Counted from the first letter of the stretch, positions 24,148-36,927 are shown. The stretch is 64,000 nucleotides of DNA from Chiloscyllium plagiosum (GCF_004010195.1 NC_057757.1:9915768-9979767), one strand, 5' to 3'. The notes: generated by a model not told the origin, from the letters alone. Translations and numbers: made by a program.

Positions 24148-25982
24148 AAATTGAATTGAATTGAATGTATTGCCACATGTACCAAGGCACAGTGAAAAGC
24201 TTTGTCTTGCGAGCAATACAGGCAGATCACAGAGTTAAATAGCATAGATAAGTAAATAATAGGTAAACAGAGGCAAAAACCAAAACATAGGTACAGGCGA
24301 ATGTTAAGAGTATGTGCGTCCATTCAGTATTCAGTAACTGTTTCAAAACCAGCTGGTGCATGTGTTCAGGCTTTTATACCTTCCCCCCGATGGTAGAGGT
24401 TGTAGAAAAACATTGCCAGGGTGGGATGGACCTTTGAGAATGCAGGCAGCCTTTCCTTGACAGTGGGCCTGGTAGATGTATTCTATAGATGGGAGGTTGG
24501 TGTTTGTGATTGTCCGGGCCGAGTTCACCACTCTCTGTAACTGTCTCTGATCTTCACCACTCTCTGTAACTGTCTCTGATCTTGAATGGTACAGTTGCCA
24601 TATCAGGTAGTAATACATCCAGACAGAATGCTCTTGATGGCACATCTATAAAGGTTGGAAAGGATATTCACTGTCATGCCAAATTACCTCAGCTGCCTGA
24701 GGAAGAAGAGATGTTGTTGTGCCTTTGTAAACAGTGCTTCCACATGAAGAGTCCAAGAAAGCTTGTTGTTGATGACCACTCCCAGGAGCTTGACTCTCCC
24801 CACTTGATCCACCTCTGTGCTGTTAATGTGTAGGGGGAGGCATGAATAACATCCCACCGAAAGTCAATAATGAGTTCCTCGGTTTTGCCGGCATTGAGAG
24901 CCTGGTTGTTCTCAGTGCACCATTTTTCCAGGTCTTCCACCTCCCGCCTGTAGTCTGCTTTGTTGCCATTTGAGATTCGACCGACTACGGTGGTGTCATC
25001 AGCGAATTTGTAAATGGTTTTGATCAGGTATTTGGTGACACAGTCATGGGTATACAGTGAGTACCGTAGGGGCTGAGTACGCACTCCTGGGGGGCTCCAG
25101 TGTTGAGTGTTAGTGACGATGAAATATTGTCCCCAATCTTCACTGATTGTGGCCTGTGGGTCAGGAAACTGAGGATCCAGTTGCAGAGAGTGGGGCTTAG
25201 TCTGAGATCACTAAGTTTAGTAATCAGTCTCGAGGGGATAATAGTGTTGAAGGCTGAACTGTAGTCAATGGATTCTTATGTAGCTGTTCTTTGTGTCAAG
25301 ATGTTCTAGAGAGGAGTGAAAGGCAAGTGATATGGCATCTGACGTGGATTTGTTGGTTCGATCGGCAATTGGAGTGGGTCAAGAGTAATGGGGAGGCTGG
25401 AGTTGATTAATGCCGTGACCAGCCTTTCAAAGCACTTCATGACCACCGAAGTTAGGGTCACTGGGTGGTGGTCATTGAGACATGCTTCATGAGCCTTCTT
25501 AGGCACAAGGATGATGTTGGCCTTGTTGAAACAGGCAGGTTCAGAGGGCTACTGTAGGGAGAGCTTGAAAATGTCTAAGAAGACCTCTTCCAGTTGATCT
25601 GCACGTGCTCTGACTTCATGGCCTGGTACTCCATCTGGTCCCAATGCTCTGACCTCTGGTGCAGTGACTGTTGGGATAGGTCCATCAGGACTTGGCAGAG
25701 TAGATGTTAACTCTTTGCTGCAAATCTGCTCAAAACAAGCATAGAAGGCACTGAGACAATCTGGGAGGGATGTGTCATCGTCTGCTATCTTGCATTGTCT
25801 CTTTTTAGAACCTGTGATGTCATTCAGTCCTTGCCATAGTTGCCGGGTGTCTATCTGGGTCTCTAGTTTGGATTGGTATTGGGTCCTTGGCTATCTTAAT
25901 GGCTCTGCAAAGGTCATACTTGGATTGAGTGGGTCTCTTGATCTGAAGGCCTCACACCTGGTTTTTAGCAGGTTCTGTATGG
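24148..25982 (-). mobile_element. Rex1/Babar-type LINE, 5' truncated
   Basis: [51 protein letters not shown] and WCTENN..LN.GKT.ELIIDFR, with a (TTCAA)n tail at 24149-24166. Confidence 0.9.
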
Positions 25983-25986
25983 AGAT

Positions 25987-26223
25987 ATAGGTGAAACTCA
26001 GCATCTTAGTGATGGTAGGACCATATAGGGGATATTGGTGGAACTTAGCTGTTTTAGTGATGGTTGGAAAATACAGGTGATATAGGTGGAATTCAGCATC
26101 TTAATGATGGTGGGACAATGTAGGGAATATAGGTAAAACTCAGCATTGTAGTGATGGTAGGACAATATAGGAGATATGGGTGGAACGCAGCTGTCTTAGT
26201 GATGGTGGGACAATATAGGAGAT
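25987..26223. repeat. 47-48-bp minisatellite, about 5 copies
   Basis: Unit ATAGGTGAAACTCAGCATCTTAGTGATGGTAGGACCATATAGGGGAT. A related unit lies on the other side of Rex1 (about 24100-24143). Confidence 0.85.
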
Positions 26224-27482
26224 CAACTTGACCTCAAGTAAAGTGGTGAAAAAACTGGGTCAGTCTCTAGTTTCCAGAGAAGGGAAGTGGAGCCAGTAAT
26301 TGGCCAGTGGCGTATGGAGTGTGGCCTGAATGTGATAACCTCAGTTTTCCAACATGTAGCAGCAGGAAATTCTAGTTTTCAAAGTCCAAATCTGCATTTT
26401 CCAATTGATATTTCAAATGGAATTTGTGTAGTCCTTGCATGTGTGAGTCTATAGCTGCTGACATATTTCGCTATATTGACGCTGCCTTCTTTAAACGTTA
26501 TTAATAGAATTCGGCAGGAATCATTTCTACAGGAAACAGAAATTTCTTTTTTTTTCACCCAAATGCCAGTTACAATCGGATCAAGTCCAAATTCTTCCAA
26601 AAGTTACATGCTCTTATATTATCAGTGAATGAACACCACACATTTCCTCTTTTACTTTGAGTTACAAGTTGAGTAAAACAGAACTAACTTGACCAGTGTA
26701 TTTAGGATTATGAGTAAATGCCTTTTTTCTCCAAAGAAGAACTAACAAACTCACTTCCTTTTGTAAATAGAACCAGTGGTGAAGAGCAAATATTTGCAAC
26801 TGTGAAACAAGCAGCAAGCTGATGATTATGAGCTAATGCGTAAATCTAAACCCCTTTTTCATCAACACCATAGAAGAGGATGGAGATTGGGAGTGTGCAA
26901 GGAAAGAAAGCAGCCAATGTGGTGGAGGGAATGCTGGGAGTACCAGCTGCTGGGATGGGCAATAAACATTGCCACAGCCAGCAGCACTCACAATCTATGA
27001 GTGAACATTAAAATGAAACTAATGGCCATTACGGGGTGCTCCAATTTGACTTACATCTGATCCAATTGGTGTAGAGATTCCTGGGTCTACGTAATAGTGT
27101 CTTGCCTCAATAGGTGTAGGCCAATCAGACTGTATCCACAGCATCACTAGTAGTGGTGGTCAATGTTGGTACTGCAGGAGATATGCATGAGGTCTTTGCC
27201 CTTGGCTGTATTTGGTTGGTGGTATTGCTGGATTCAAGAAGGTAATCACTCCCTGCAATGCAGGAAACATAGCAGACAATTTCTATGAAGTAAGATCCCA
27301 CAAATGGTATTGCAGTCTATGTTGAATCATCTACATTCTTTAGCACTTGGGGCGAATGGGATCAAAGGTTATGGGGAGAAAGCAGGATTAGGCTATTGAG
27401 TTGGATGATCAGTGATGATCGTGATGAATAGTGGAACAGGCTCGAAGGGCTGAATGGCTTCCTCCTGCTCCTATCTTCCTAT

Positions 27483-27676
27483 AAGATATTAGTGAACCAG
27501 ATGGGTTTCTCTTGACAATCGACAATGGCTTCACAATCATCATTAGTCCCTTAAATCTTTTATCAAATTCAAATTCCACCATCTGCCAGGTCAGGGTTTG
27601 AACCCAGATCCCCAGAACATTAGCTGAGTTGTTGGATTAATAGTCTAGCAATAATACCACTCTGCCATTGCCTCCC
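27483..27676 (-). mobile_element. Second tRNA-derived SINE family, 5' part
   Basis: Minus strand reads GGGAGGCAATGGCAGAGTGGTATTATT...GGGTTCAAACCC..GGCAGATGGTGGAATTTGAATT. Related pieces lie at about 39475-39575 (+), 50480-50680 (+) and 62050-62215 (-). Confidence 0.75.
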
Positions 27677-27694
27677 ATATGCACACCATAATTT

Positions 27695-28242
27695 TTTTAA
27701 TTTCAAAAGTATACTTTATTCATAAAAATATTTTGATATCTGTACAGTTGGTGATGCCATTCATATGTATACATTGCATGTCTTTACATATAGAGATAGA
27801 CTGTGTCATTTGTATTTACAAGTCTGTATGTTAACAATCCAGGTGTTTAGCTGAGGTGTCAGCGGAGTCCAATTACTGAGTCGGCCCCTTGTTCTTCTTA
27901 GGCAGGCAGATGTTACACAGTGGTCTTTCCCTACCACGCCTTGGCGGCAGCTGCCCCAAGCTTCAGCACGTCTCTCAGCACGTAGTCCTGGACCTTGGAA
28001 TATGCCAGTCCACAACACTCAGTCGGGGTCAGGTCCTTCAGGTTCCGGACAGACCAAGGAGCGTCTTTCACCGAGTTGATGATCCTCCAGGCACAGTTGA
28101 TGTTCATCTTGGTGTGCGTCCAAGGGAACAGACTGTAGAGCACGGAGTTCCACGTCACGGAGCTGCTCGGGACGAACCTCGACAAACCCCATTGCATTCC
28201 TCTCCAGACTTCCTTTACATAGGCACATTCCAGAAGGAGGTT
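27695..28242 (-). mobile_element. Tx1-like (L1 superfamily) 3' fragment
   Basis: ORF remnant LLLECAYVKEVW...INSVKDAPWSVRNL..VQDYVLRD, with AATAAA and an A-tail on minus. 15-bp TSD TGCACACCATAATTT at 27680-27694 and 28243-28257. Confidence 0.85.
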
Positions 28243-28257
28243 TGCACACCATAATTT

Positions 28258-28445
28258 CTGTCTCAAGAGGTCAGATGTGGCCTCAGTTTAACTTCTCACC
28301 CCTAAAAGAGCAGCAGCTTCAATGATGCAGAACCCCCTCAACATGGCACTGAAGGCTAACCTATTTATACTCTCATGTCCCGAGAGCAGGGGTCAAGTGC
28401 GCAATATCGTGAGGTGCATGTACGACCAACTGAGTTATGAACAGC
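28258..28445 (-). mobile_element. DeuSINE-type fragment (its 3' part lies at about 27250-27340)
   Basis: GGCCTCAGTTTAAC(T/G)TCTCA motif shared with the copies at 17930 and 37050. Confidence 0.55.
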
Positions 28446-29549
28446 ACTAAGCACAGTGTGGTTGGCTGGATTCCCTGTTTCTGCAGTCTCATGAAGATTA
28501 TTCGCTGTATAACTGTGCACACATCTCTGAAGTGGGCTAAAGTGAGCAGAGTAAAGTTCTCTTCATCACCTTAATTGAGATGACAGCAATTCCTCTGGTA
28601 CAGCTGAAGCAAACCTGTTACCGACAACAGATGGGGCTCGTCTTGAGCTGAGTTGGCACATATTGTTACCCTCTCCCCACCATCTCCTACCTCTACAGTC
28701 AGGAAGAGGGAGCACAGCCGAGGCAGTGAGGAGGGGGGTGCTTTGTGTGTGAGTGACTCCTGAGCATTGAAATTGAGTGGGATTGCAGTCTCAATGAGCC
28801 TGTGGCGTCTTGTAATTGAAACGAGGTGTTTCTATTGCTGGGGTAGTAATAATTTACGACAACAGGGCTGATGAATTATGGATGTTACCGCTGACTTTCT
28901 GTTGCCAGCCTATAAATAGGCTTTAAGGCAGCAGTTTAGCTCCACCTTTTCATTTCTGACCCACTTTATTTTTTCCCAGAACATCAATTGGTGCCAATGT
29001 GCAGGAGCTGAAGTATAAATCAACTGTGATTCCCTGTTCCACTTTCATTGCTTTGAAGATATGAGGGTCTTTCGAGCACCCCAGCCCCCCGAAGAGCAAT
29101 TAGAAAACACCAAACCAATTTTAATTTCAATATTCTTTCTTAGAATAAGGACATTGCTGGCAAGGTTGATACTTGCTACCCAACTGAACTACCTTGAGAT
29201 GGGAGTGGCACAACTGAACATCAGTGGGACACGACAGTGGGCTGCTTTCTCTCAAACACAGGCACAGACAATAAATACAGGCCCAGCCAGTGGTGCCTAC
29301 ATCCACGAATTAGTTTTTTAAAAAAAGGTCACCATTGAATCATTGCATTGCTCTGACTGAACTGTGCATTTCCATCCAGGACATCTGATCCAGCCTCTCC
29401 AGAAATGCAGAGTCTCCATAATACCGAATTGCCAGGGGTAGGCAGGGTGCATGTATTTTTTTACAGCATAATCTGTTGTATTCCAGTAAATCTGCACTCA
29501 CGGACACACTGAAAACCTTTGGGAAATTTAAATAGAGGTAAGTGAGTAA

Positions 29550-30158
29550 GTAGTCATAAAGTGTGATGTTGGAAAAGCACAGCAGGGCAGGCAGCATCCG
29601 AGGAGAAGGAGAATTGACATTTCGGGCATAAGGTCTTCATCAGGAACGTTGCGGGGGAAGGGGCCTAAGGCAGTTGAGAGATACATAGGAGATGGAGTGG
29701 AGCTGGGGGCAAGGTAGCTTGGAAGGTGATAGGTAGACGAGGGTGGCTGTGATGGTGTTATGGAGGGTGGCGCGGATAGTTGGAAAGGAAGATGGACAGG
29801 TAGGACAGTTCAACTTGGCAGTGTCGAGTTGGAGAGTTGAATCTGGGATAAGATCCCACTCTGCAAAGGACATGCAAGTCCTGGTCCTCCTCCACAGTCA
29901 AATGCTAGCCACCAGACAATTGGAGGAAGAACACCTCATCTTCACCTCACCTTGAGACTCAACCACACAACATCAATGTTGATTTCACCAGTTTCCTTAT
30001 CTCCCCTCTTTCCAACTTATCCCAGATCCAACCATCCAACTGGGCACCATCCACACAGGACTCTCCTGTTCCTTGGATGGTGCCTGACCTGCTGTGTTTT
30101 TCCAGCACTGCACTATTGGACTCTGATCTACAGCATTTTCAGTCCTCACTTTTGCCTC
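29550..30158 (+). mobile_element. Penelope family A insertion with an inverted 3' arm
   Basis: A minus arm (29560-29850) with hammerhead core CTGATGAAGACCTTATGCCCGAAATGTC is joined to the plus-strand GIY-YIG end (HSAKDMQVL..LEEEHLIF) and tail. 12-bp TSD GTAAGTGAGTAA at 29538-29549 and 30159-30170. Confidence 0.85.
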
Positions 30159-30185
30159 GTAAGTGAGTAAATATTCCAATGATCA

Positions 30186-30829
30186 AGTGACATGGTGGAA
30201 GGTGTTCTGGACCCCCTCAAAATATATTAAGAAGGTAGCCCAGACCCTAACCTTTTCTTATTTCAAAGGTAAATGGATTCCAGACACAATTCAATTGGTC
30301 AAATTACTTGATAGTTAAGCAAAACACAATTTATTCAAAGACTACAATTAAAATACAACAAAAGAAAGAGGAACTTGGAAGAATTGAACTCTACTCGAAA
30401 CTTTAAACAGAATAATAGATTATTTCACTACTAAACAGTAACTCTTCCAATATAGTAATATCCCATAAACACACCCTTGGCATTAAAAGGCGAATTCAGA
30501 AAACAGTTTTGCCTCACATGCAATCCAGCAGCCAGTGAAGAGAACACTCAGCTTTCGGCTGTAATCAAGAGAGGGAGAAATAGCTTCCACTTCTCCAAGG
30601 CTCTAACGGCAGCCACTGCCGAAGAAACTAAAAACCTAAAATCCATGGTTCTGTGGGAACTTGACCACACCCATTCTGTCTGCTCCTATTATTCCAACCT
30701 TTCAAAACAACACCCAAGGCTTCACAAGTTGTTGATCATCTCAGAGACTGCTCTTCACCTGTTCCCCAAATTCTCTCCAAAAGAAACCAGAACAGAACAC
30801 ACCTCTTAAAGCCACAGTAGATCATCACA
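30186..30829 (-). mobile_element. Possible solo LTR
   Basis: Ends approximately GTGACA...TCACA. Size, composition and a TTTATT signal are similar to the LTR at 20848. Confidence 0.45.
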
Positions 30830-32136
30830 AAAGTTAGGGTTTGAGTTAGGGCTAGAGTTAGGGTTGCGTTAACCTTACCCCTGTTGCAGGTACCATGACA
30901 GGGTTAAACAGGCCAGCAAGCAGATTGGAAGTGACGTAGGTTGCTAGGGTGAAAGGGCTTGTCAGATTGGTAGTTGCTCAAGTCAGACCAGTGCTCAGTT
31001 GGGGATTTCATGGTGGAGTTGGATGGTCAGGGGCATGTTGGATTGTTGGATCTGGTCAGCTTGGGACTGTTGAGTTGTGTGGGGCAAAGGCAGCAGTTGA
31101 GGGGTTGTGTTCTTGGATGGACAGGGGAGATTGTGGGGTGCGCAACGGGACACCAGGCCATTATATCAGCTCCACTGACAGCATATCTTTCACGGCACAA
31201 GAGGGACGCAGCTGCACTTTTGCATGCATTTAAAACAACTCATTGTGTGATGGACTTCAAATAGATGATGCCATCCATTTGGAACCTGAGTAACCCTGAC
31301 AAGCCAAGCTAGGATCTTGTATTCAATGCTGCTCAGTCTTGCAGCCATCAGTCTCGGACAGTAAGCAGTCATCTTCACACTCTCCTTACCTCCAGCATTA
31401 CAACAGAGCCATTGTTGGCTTGGTGAAGTTATTAACGTGAGGCGACTCAATTTATTTAGGTAATTAGCTTCACAAATGGTTGCTTAAAGGTAACGGTTGA
31501 ATGCATCACTGTGGATGTGAGTGAGTTTAGACAACCTGTAATTTAATCAGATGACACTGACAGCGAGTGCAAATCTGTATCAATATTGCAGCCGGGAAGA
31601 ATTTGAGGATAATGAACGTGCCTCAATGGCCACTTTTCCCATTGTCCCATGAGAGTTAATCACTGAGACTGCTCTGCATTGTTTTCCCCAGCATCACATT
31701 TTCGAGAAATACAATCCTGACAGACAGCTAATGAGGCTTAAAATGCAGCGCTTTGTTTAGGTAACAGAAGTTGAAGGCCATTGCTGTAGAGATTCCCACG
31801 TTAATTTAAAAAGAATATTTGACCTTTCTTCACTCTCTCCTATTGAGATTGTTTTCTGTAGAACCCCTCGTTCCCAGATTCATTGTCCATTAACTCTATA
31901 GACAATGACCCACTGGCTCTGCCTTTATTGCATTCTGGGTTCTGTTCGTATTTTATAGCAACACTAACAGCCCAGCTGATCCCATTCGAATGGTCACACA
32001 GGGAACTCCAGCACATTTTAGTACATGTTTTTATTCACTTGTTCCAGCTCTTTCCCATCTGTCAGCCTCTTCCAAGGGCATGTATTCTGTGTCTCACAAA
32101 ACCACTCCCCCAACATACGACCCCCTCTGCAACACA

Positions 32137-32225
32137 ACATACACACAGTACACACTCACCCTGCTCCCACCACACACAGTACACACTCACCCTGCCTCCA
32201 CCATACACACAGTACACACTCATAC
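32137..32225. repeat. About 32-bp CA-rich minisatellite, 3 copies
   Basis: ACACACAGTACACACTCA(CCCTGC) is repeated. Confidence 0.8.
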
Positions 32226-32249
32226 TCCTCTATAAATGTGTCAATCATC

Positions 32250-33270
32250 CAAGGAACAGGAGTAGGCCATTCAGCCCCTCAAGCATGTTCCACCATTCAG
32301 TGAGATCATGGCTGATTTGTGGTTTAACTCCACATACATGCCTTTAGCTCATATTCATTAATACCTTTGTTTGACAAAATCCATCTGACTCAGATTTAAA
32401 ATTGACAACCACTCCAGCATCCACTGCCATTTGTGGAACTCTTTGTGTGCTTTCCAACATCTCCCATGAATAAGGCTACTGAGTAAGATGGGGTCAGAGG
32501 CAAGGTGACTGCATGGATAGAAGCTTGGCTGTCTGGCAGAAAGCAGAGAGTGGAGATAAAAAGGTCCTTCTCAGGATGGCAGTGATGACAAGTGGTGCTC
32601 CGCATTTCACTTTATACATTAACAATCGAGATGAAGGAAGTGAGGGCATTCTGGCTAGGGTTGCAGATGATACAAAGATAGGTAGAGGGACAGGTAGCGT
32701 TGAGGAGGAGGGCTGGCTGCAGAAGGATTTGGACAAGTTAGGAGAGAGGGCAAAGATGGGGCAGATGGAGTATAATGTGGGAAAGTGTGAGGTCAAAGAA
32801 TTTGGTAGGAAGAATAGAGGCATGGAATATTTTCTAAATGGGGAGAAAATTCAGAAGCTGAAATCCAAAGAGACTAGTCAAGGATTCTGTCAAGGTAAAC
32901 TTGCAGGATAAATCAGAATTTAGGAAAGCAAAGGCAGTGATGGCATTGATTTAAGAGGATTTGAATATGTACGTCTGAGGCTCTATAAGGATCTGGTCAG
33001 ACTACATTTGGAATATGGTGCAAAGTTTTGGGCTCTATCTCTCAGGAAGGATGTACTGGCCTGGAGCATGTTCAGAGGAGGTTCACGAAAATTGTCTCAG
33101 GAATGAAAAGCTAAACATATGAGGAACACTTGAGGACTCTGAAACTTGGTGGAGTTTCGAAGGATGAAAGGCAATCTAATTGAAACATATAGAATACTGA
33201 ATGGCCTGGTCAGAATGGATGTTGAGAAGATGTTTCTAATGGTTGGAGAGACTAGGACCTGAGGCACTAG
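32250..33270. mobile_element. Two CR1 fragments (32250-32460 minus; 32470-33270 plus)
   Basis: ADDTKIG..LQKDLDKLGE..QMEYNVGKCEV in ORF 32513..32911. Confidence 0.85.
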
Positions 33271-33989
33271 GTAAGAGGGAAACAGGAATAAGGCAGTCAG
33301 AGGAAAAGGAGATGTGTTGCTGTAAATAGCCCACAATGGAGATTCTCTGGAAAGAGAAAAGCAAAGTGGTAAATGGACAACTGGAAATGGAAGAAAAAAC
33401 ATCAAAAACTTCTCTCTTTGTCGAGCAAGTGATTGAAAAACTGCCCTGTATTTTAAGGTGTAAAATACATGAAGAAAGCAGCTAGGTCCATTAACTGTAG
33501 TCATCATTGGTTCACTATTGCCTCTTGTATCTTGTGCAATCTAAACTTTGTAGCTTTGGAATGACGTGTCCTACTTTACCATTACCTATTGTTTGAATGT
33601 CTCTGTTTGCATGCATTCATTGTTTCGCAAGGACCATTTAATTGCAGGTGTTCCTTGCTTGTAAGTGTCCATTGTTTGTGTTCATTTTCTGTGATTGTTC
33701 ATTATTTCTGTCTGTTCACCATTCCCATGTTTGTGTTCATCATCTGTGATCATTCTTTGTTCACAGGTAATTGTCATCTTTGGATGTTTGTTGTCTATTT
33801 GTGTCCATTGAAGTATGTGATGTGAGCTTGCCTCCAGCAAGGTGTTTACCTGGGGCAGCAATACTTATCCCATAATATAAGGCATGGACATTACAATATT
33901 GAAGAATCCAGCAATCATTTAAGACAGGTAACTAATTTAGACAAATATTACATTCCTCAGACACCTAAGTAGCCTCATGTTATCTATTA

Positions 33990-34192
33990 CAGTGTTTCTC
34001 TGTAACCTTGCGCTATAGAAAATCACGCTATGGTAAACCACTATAGAAAATCACACTGTGGAAGATTGCTAATAGAAAAAGGCTATACCCTTTCAGTAGA
34101 AAGTTCGCATTATCCAAACAATGTCCACAATTTGTCATTCACGTTAGAGCAATTCACGCTAATGAAATTCACGTTTGTAGCAGCATGACCTG
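33990..34192. mobile_element. Possible Tc1/mariner (Tigger/pogo-like) MITE
   Basis: TA-CAG...CTG-TA ends and internal short repeats (CGCTATAGAAAATCAC, AATTCACG). Confidence 0.45.
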
Positions 34193-34239
34193 TAGATTGT
34201 AAATGAATTGCATTGATCAGCATACTTTCAGTAGCCTTT

Positions 34240-35452
34240 CTGGTGACTGACTCAACACGGACATATAGTTCAAACCCACCGACTCCCACAGCTACCTGGA
34301 CTACACCTCCTCCCACCCTGCCTCCTGCAAAAACGCTATCCCTTATTCCCAATTCCTCTGCCTCTGCTGCATCTACTTCCAGAAGCACCAATTCCACCAT
34401 AGAACACCCGAGATGACCTCCTTCTTCAGGAACCACAATTTCCCCTCCCACATGGTCAATGATGCCCTCCAGCACATATACTCCATTTCCTGCACCTCCG
34501 TCCTTGAACCCCACCCCTGCAATCGCAACAAGGACAGAATTCCCCGATCCTCACCTTCCACCCACCAACCTCTGGGGACAACTCATCATTCTTCACCATT
34601 TCTGCCACCTACAAACAGACCCCACCACCAGGGATACATTTCCCTCCCTACCCATATCTGTGTTCTGGAGAGACCATTCCGTCTACGACTCCCTTGTTAG
34701 GTCTACACCTCCCACCAACCCACCCGGCACCTTCCCCTGGCACCATAGGAAGTGCAAAGCCTGCACCCACACCTCCCCCCCTCACCTCCGTCCAAGGCCC
34801 CAAAGGATCCTTCCACAGCAGACACAGATTTTCTGGCACTTCCATACACGTCATCTACTGTGTCCACTGCTCTCGATGTGGTCTCTTCTACACTGGGGAG
34901 ACAGGGCGCCAACTTGCGGAATGTTTCAGAGAACACCTCTGGGACACCTGCACTAAACAACCCCACCACTCCATGGCTGAACACTTTAACTCCACCTCCC
35001 ACTCCGCCAAGGACATGCAAGTCCTTGGCCTCCTCACTGCCAAACCTGGAGGAAAAACCCGACCCCTGGAGGAAAAACACCTCATCTTTTGCCTCTAACC
35101 TCCAACCCTATGGGACCAATGTTGATTTCACCAGTTTCCGTATCTCCCCTGCCCCCACTTTATACCAGGTCCAACCCTCTATCTCAGCATAGCTCTCTTG
35201 AACTGTCCTACCTGTCTATCTTCTTTCCCACCTATCCGATCCACAATCCTCTCTGACTTATCACTATCTCCCACACCTCCATCTACTATTGCATTCCCAG
35301 CTACCTTCCCCCCAGCCCCACCCCTTTCCTATTTATCTCTCAGCTCCCTTGGGCCTCCCCCACATTCCTGATGAAGAGCTTATGCTCAAAATGTCGACTC
35401 TCCTGCGCCTCAATTGCTGCCTGACCGGCTGTATTTTTCCAACACCACACTC
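34240..35452 (+). mobile_element. Penelope-like element (family A, Neptune-like), RT C-terminus plus GIY-YIG endonuclease, decayed
   Basis: FKPTDSHSYLDYTSSHP..CKNAIPYSQF, C-x2-C linker, VIYCVHCSRCGLFYTGETGRQLAECFREHL. The 3' end has CTGATGAAGAGCTTATGCTCAAAATGTC at 35368. Confidence 0.92.
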
Positions 35453-36374
35453 TTTGGCTACTTTTAACAGCCTTGTCTATCATTACTGATTGCCAATCAT
35501 TCCTGAGTATTATTTGCTTATGTTGCAGGGACATATTTCAGTTATCCCTCTATCCCCTGCCTCAGAATAAAACACATTGGAGACTTCATTACACCAGAAA
35601 TAATCAATAATCTCCTGCTTTTTTATATTTTGCTTCACAATCTCCGAGCCATCAGTTCTGAACACGGTGTTTTACGGCTCTCTCCGGGGTTGTTTGTCAC
35701 TGATGTAGGATTTTGTCGCTCCTATGTGTGTCTGTGTAGAGGAATCATATTTTCCACTGCCTGAAGGGAAATGAGTTCAGGCCTGGATATATCCGTTGTC
35801 AGTATTGCTGACTAGATTGCAATAAATTATAAACCTACTGAGAGGACTTGTTCTGTTCTCAAACACAAAACCATGTGTGTTCACCATAGATGTGCAGGAA
35901 TGTGATTTGAAACAACCTCCCCATCTTGACTGCAGTGAAATCTGCCTGGTCGGTCTGCCACTGGGGAGGGTGGAAGCTAATTGACCTGTACTGCTCAATA
36001 CTTCCCCACTCCAGCAGCAATCGCCTCCTATTAAATCCTTAATGAAAGGCAACATGCCAGCAGCTGGGAGCCTGTGCATTCTCATCTCACTCTGAAATGA
36101 GCTGTCGCCACATTTGTCTGATCTGCAGCAATCAAGTATTCATTGAAGCATGGAGGAATGGAATGAGGGACAAAGGAATTAGGAGAGACTAGAAGGGTCT
36201 TTGTGCTGCAGTAGTATTATCCCTGTCTCTGGACTGGGAAGATTCAAGTCCAACCTGCTCCAGAGATGGTGGTAACATCTCTGAACAAATATGTAATAAC
36301 ATCTCTGAGCAGGTTGTTGAGAAAAAAATGGGTTAAAAATATGTCTGTGAACAGCATCCAGCAGTTCTCAGAAT

Positions 36375-36463
36375 CGAAACAGAAATTGCTGGAAAAGCTC
36401 AACAGGTCTGGCAGCATCTTGGAGTGAAATCAGAATTTCAGGTCAAGTGATCCTTCTCAGAAT
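36375..36463 (-). mobile_element. Penelope 3' terminal fragment
   Basis: GCTGGAAAAGCTCAACAGGTCTGGCAGCATC motif, bounded by the direct repeat TTCTCAGAAT at 36365-36374 and 36454-36463. Confidence 0.65.
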
Positions 36464-36892
36464 TGTATTGGAGGAGTCCTCTGCGTAAGATCCTGACTTG
36501 CAGACTGGGAAATAGCCTGCCAATTTATCCTTGCCTCTGAACCAGGGAGTCTTTGTTCCCATCTTGCGACGGAGGTGCATCATAATATCCCTATGCAATT
36601 TGATTTGAAAACATTTAGGAACCACTGAATAGATCACATTTGCCTGTTAGCACCTCGGTAGTTGTGTGATACAATGAGAACAGAGTTGTTAATTAATCAC
36701 AACAGTCAGCCAAAAAAGAAACTGCATTTGGATGCCTTAAAAGTTGACATTTTAAGGCACTTTTTCAGACGGTTAAGCATTTTAAAATTGCGATGTAGGA
36801 AACACAGCAACCAAGCACACCCATTATGGAACACAGTAACAGCCAATTAATCTGTTTTCTGTCAAAAACAGAAACTCAGCAAGAAAGCAGAA

Positions 36893-36927
36893 TTAATGTT
36901 TCGAATCCAGGGACTCTTCATCAGAAC
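36893..36927 (-). ncRNA. Hammerhead ribozyme-like motif in a small PLE fragment
   Basis: Minus strand GTT-CTGATGA-A-GAGTC CCTG GATTC-GAAA-CATT-AAT. Confidence 0.55.

Larger units (their letters stand above)
23935..26360 (-). mobile_element. Ancient L2-type LINE fragment split by a Rex1 insertion and an internal minisatellite
   Basis: Minus-strand remnants LHVGKTEVITF (about 26330-26358) and TLIHVFATSRL (about 24048-24080) resemble the L2 motifs LNxxKTE and TLIHAFVTSRLDY. Confidence 0.6.

Noticed and set aside
24524..24582. 29-bp direct duplication in Rex1, with similar micro-duplications at 5298-5345 and 22221-22247
   Set aside because: These are ordinary slippage-type duplications in dead repeats.
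33560..33830. Hydrophobic Cys-rich ORF 33589..33825
   Set aside because: It is an artefact of low-complexity TG/T-rich sequence.
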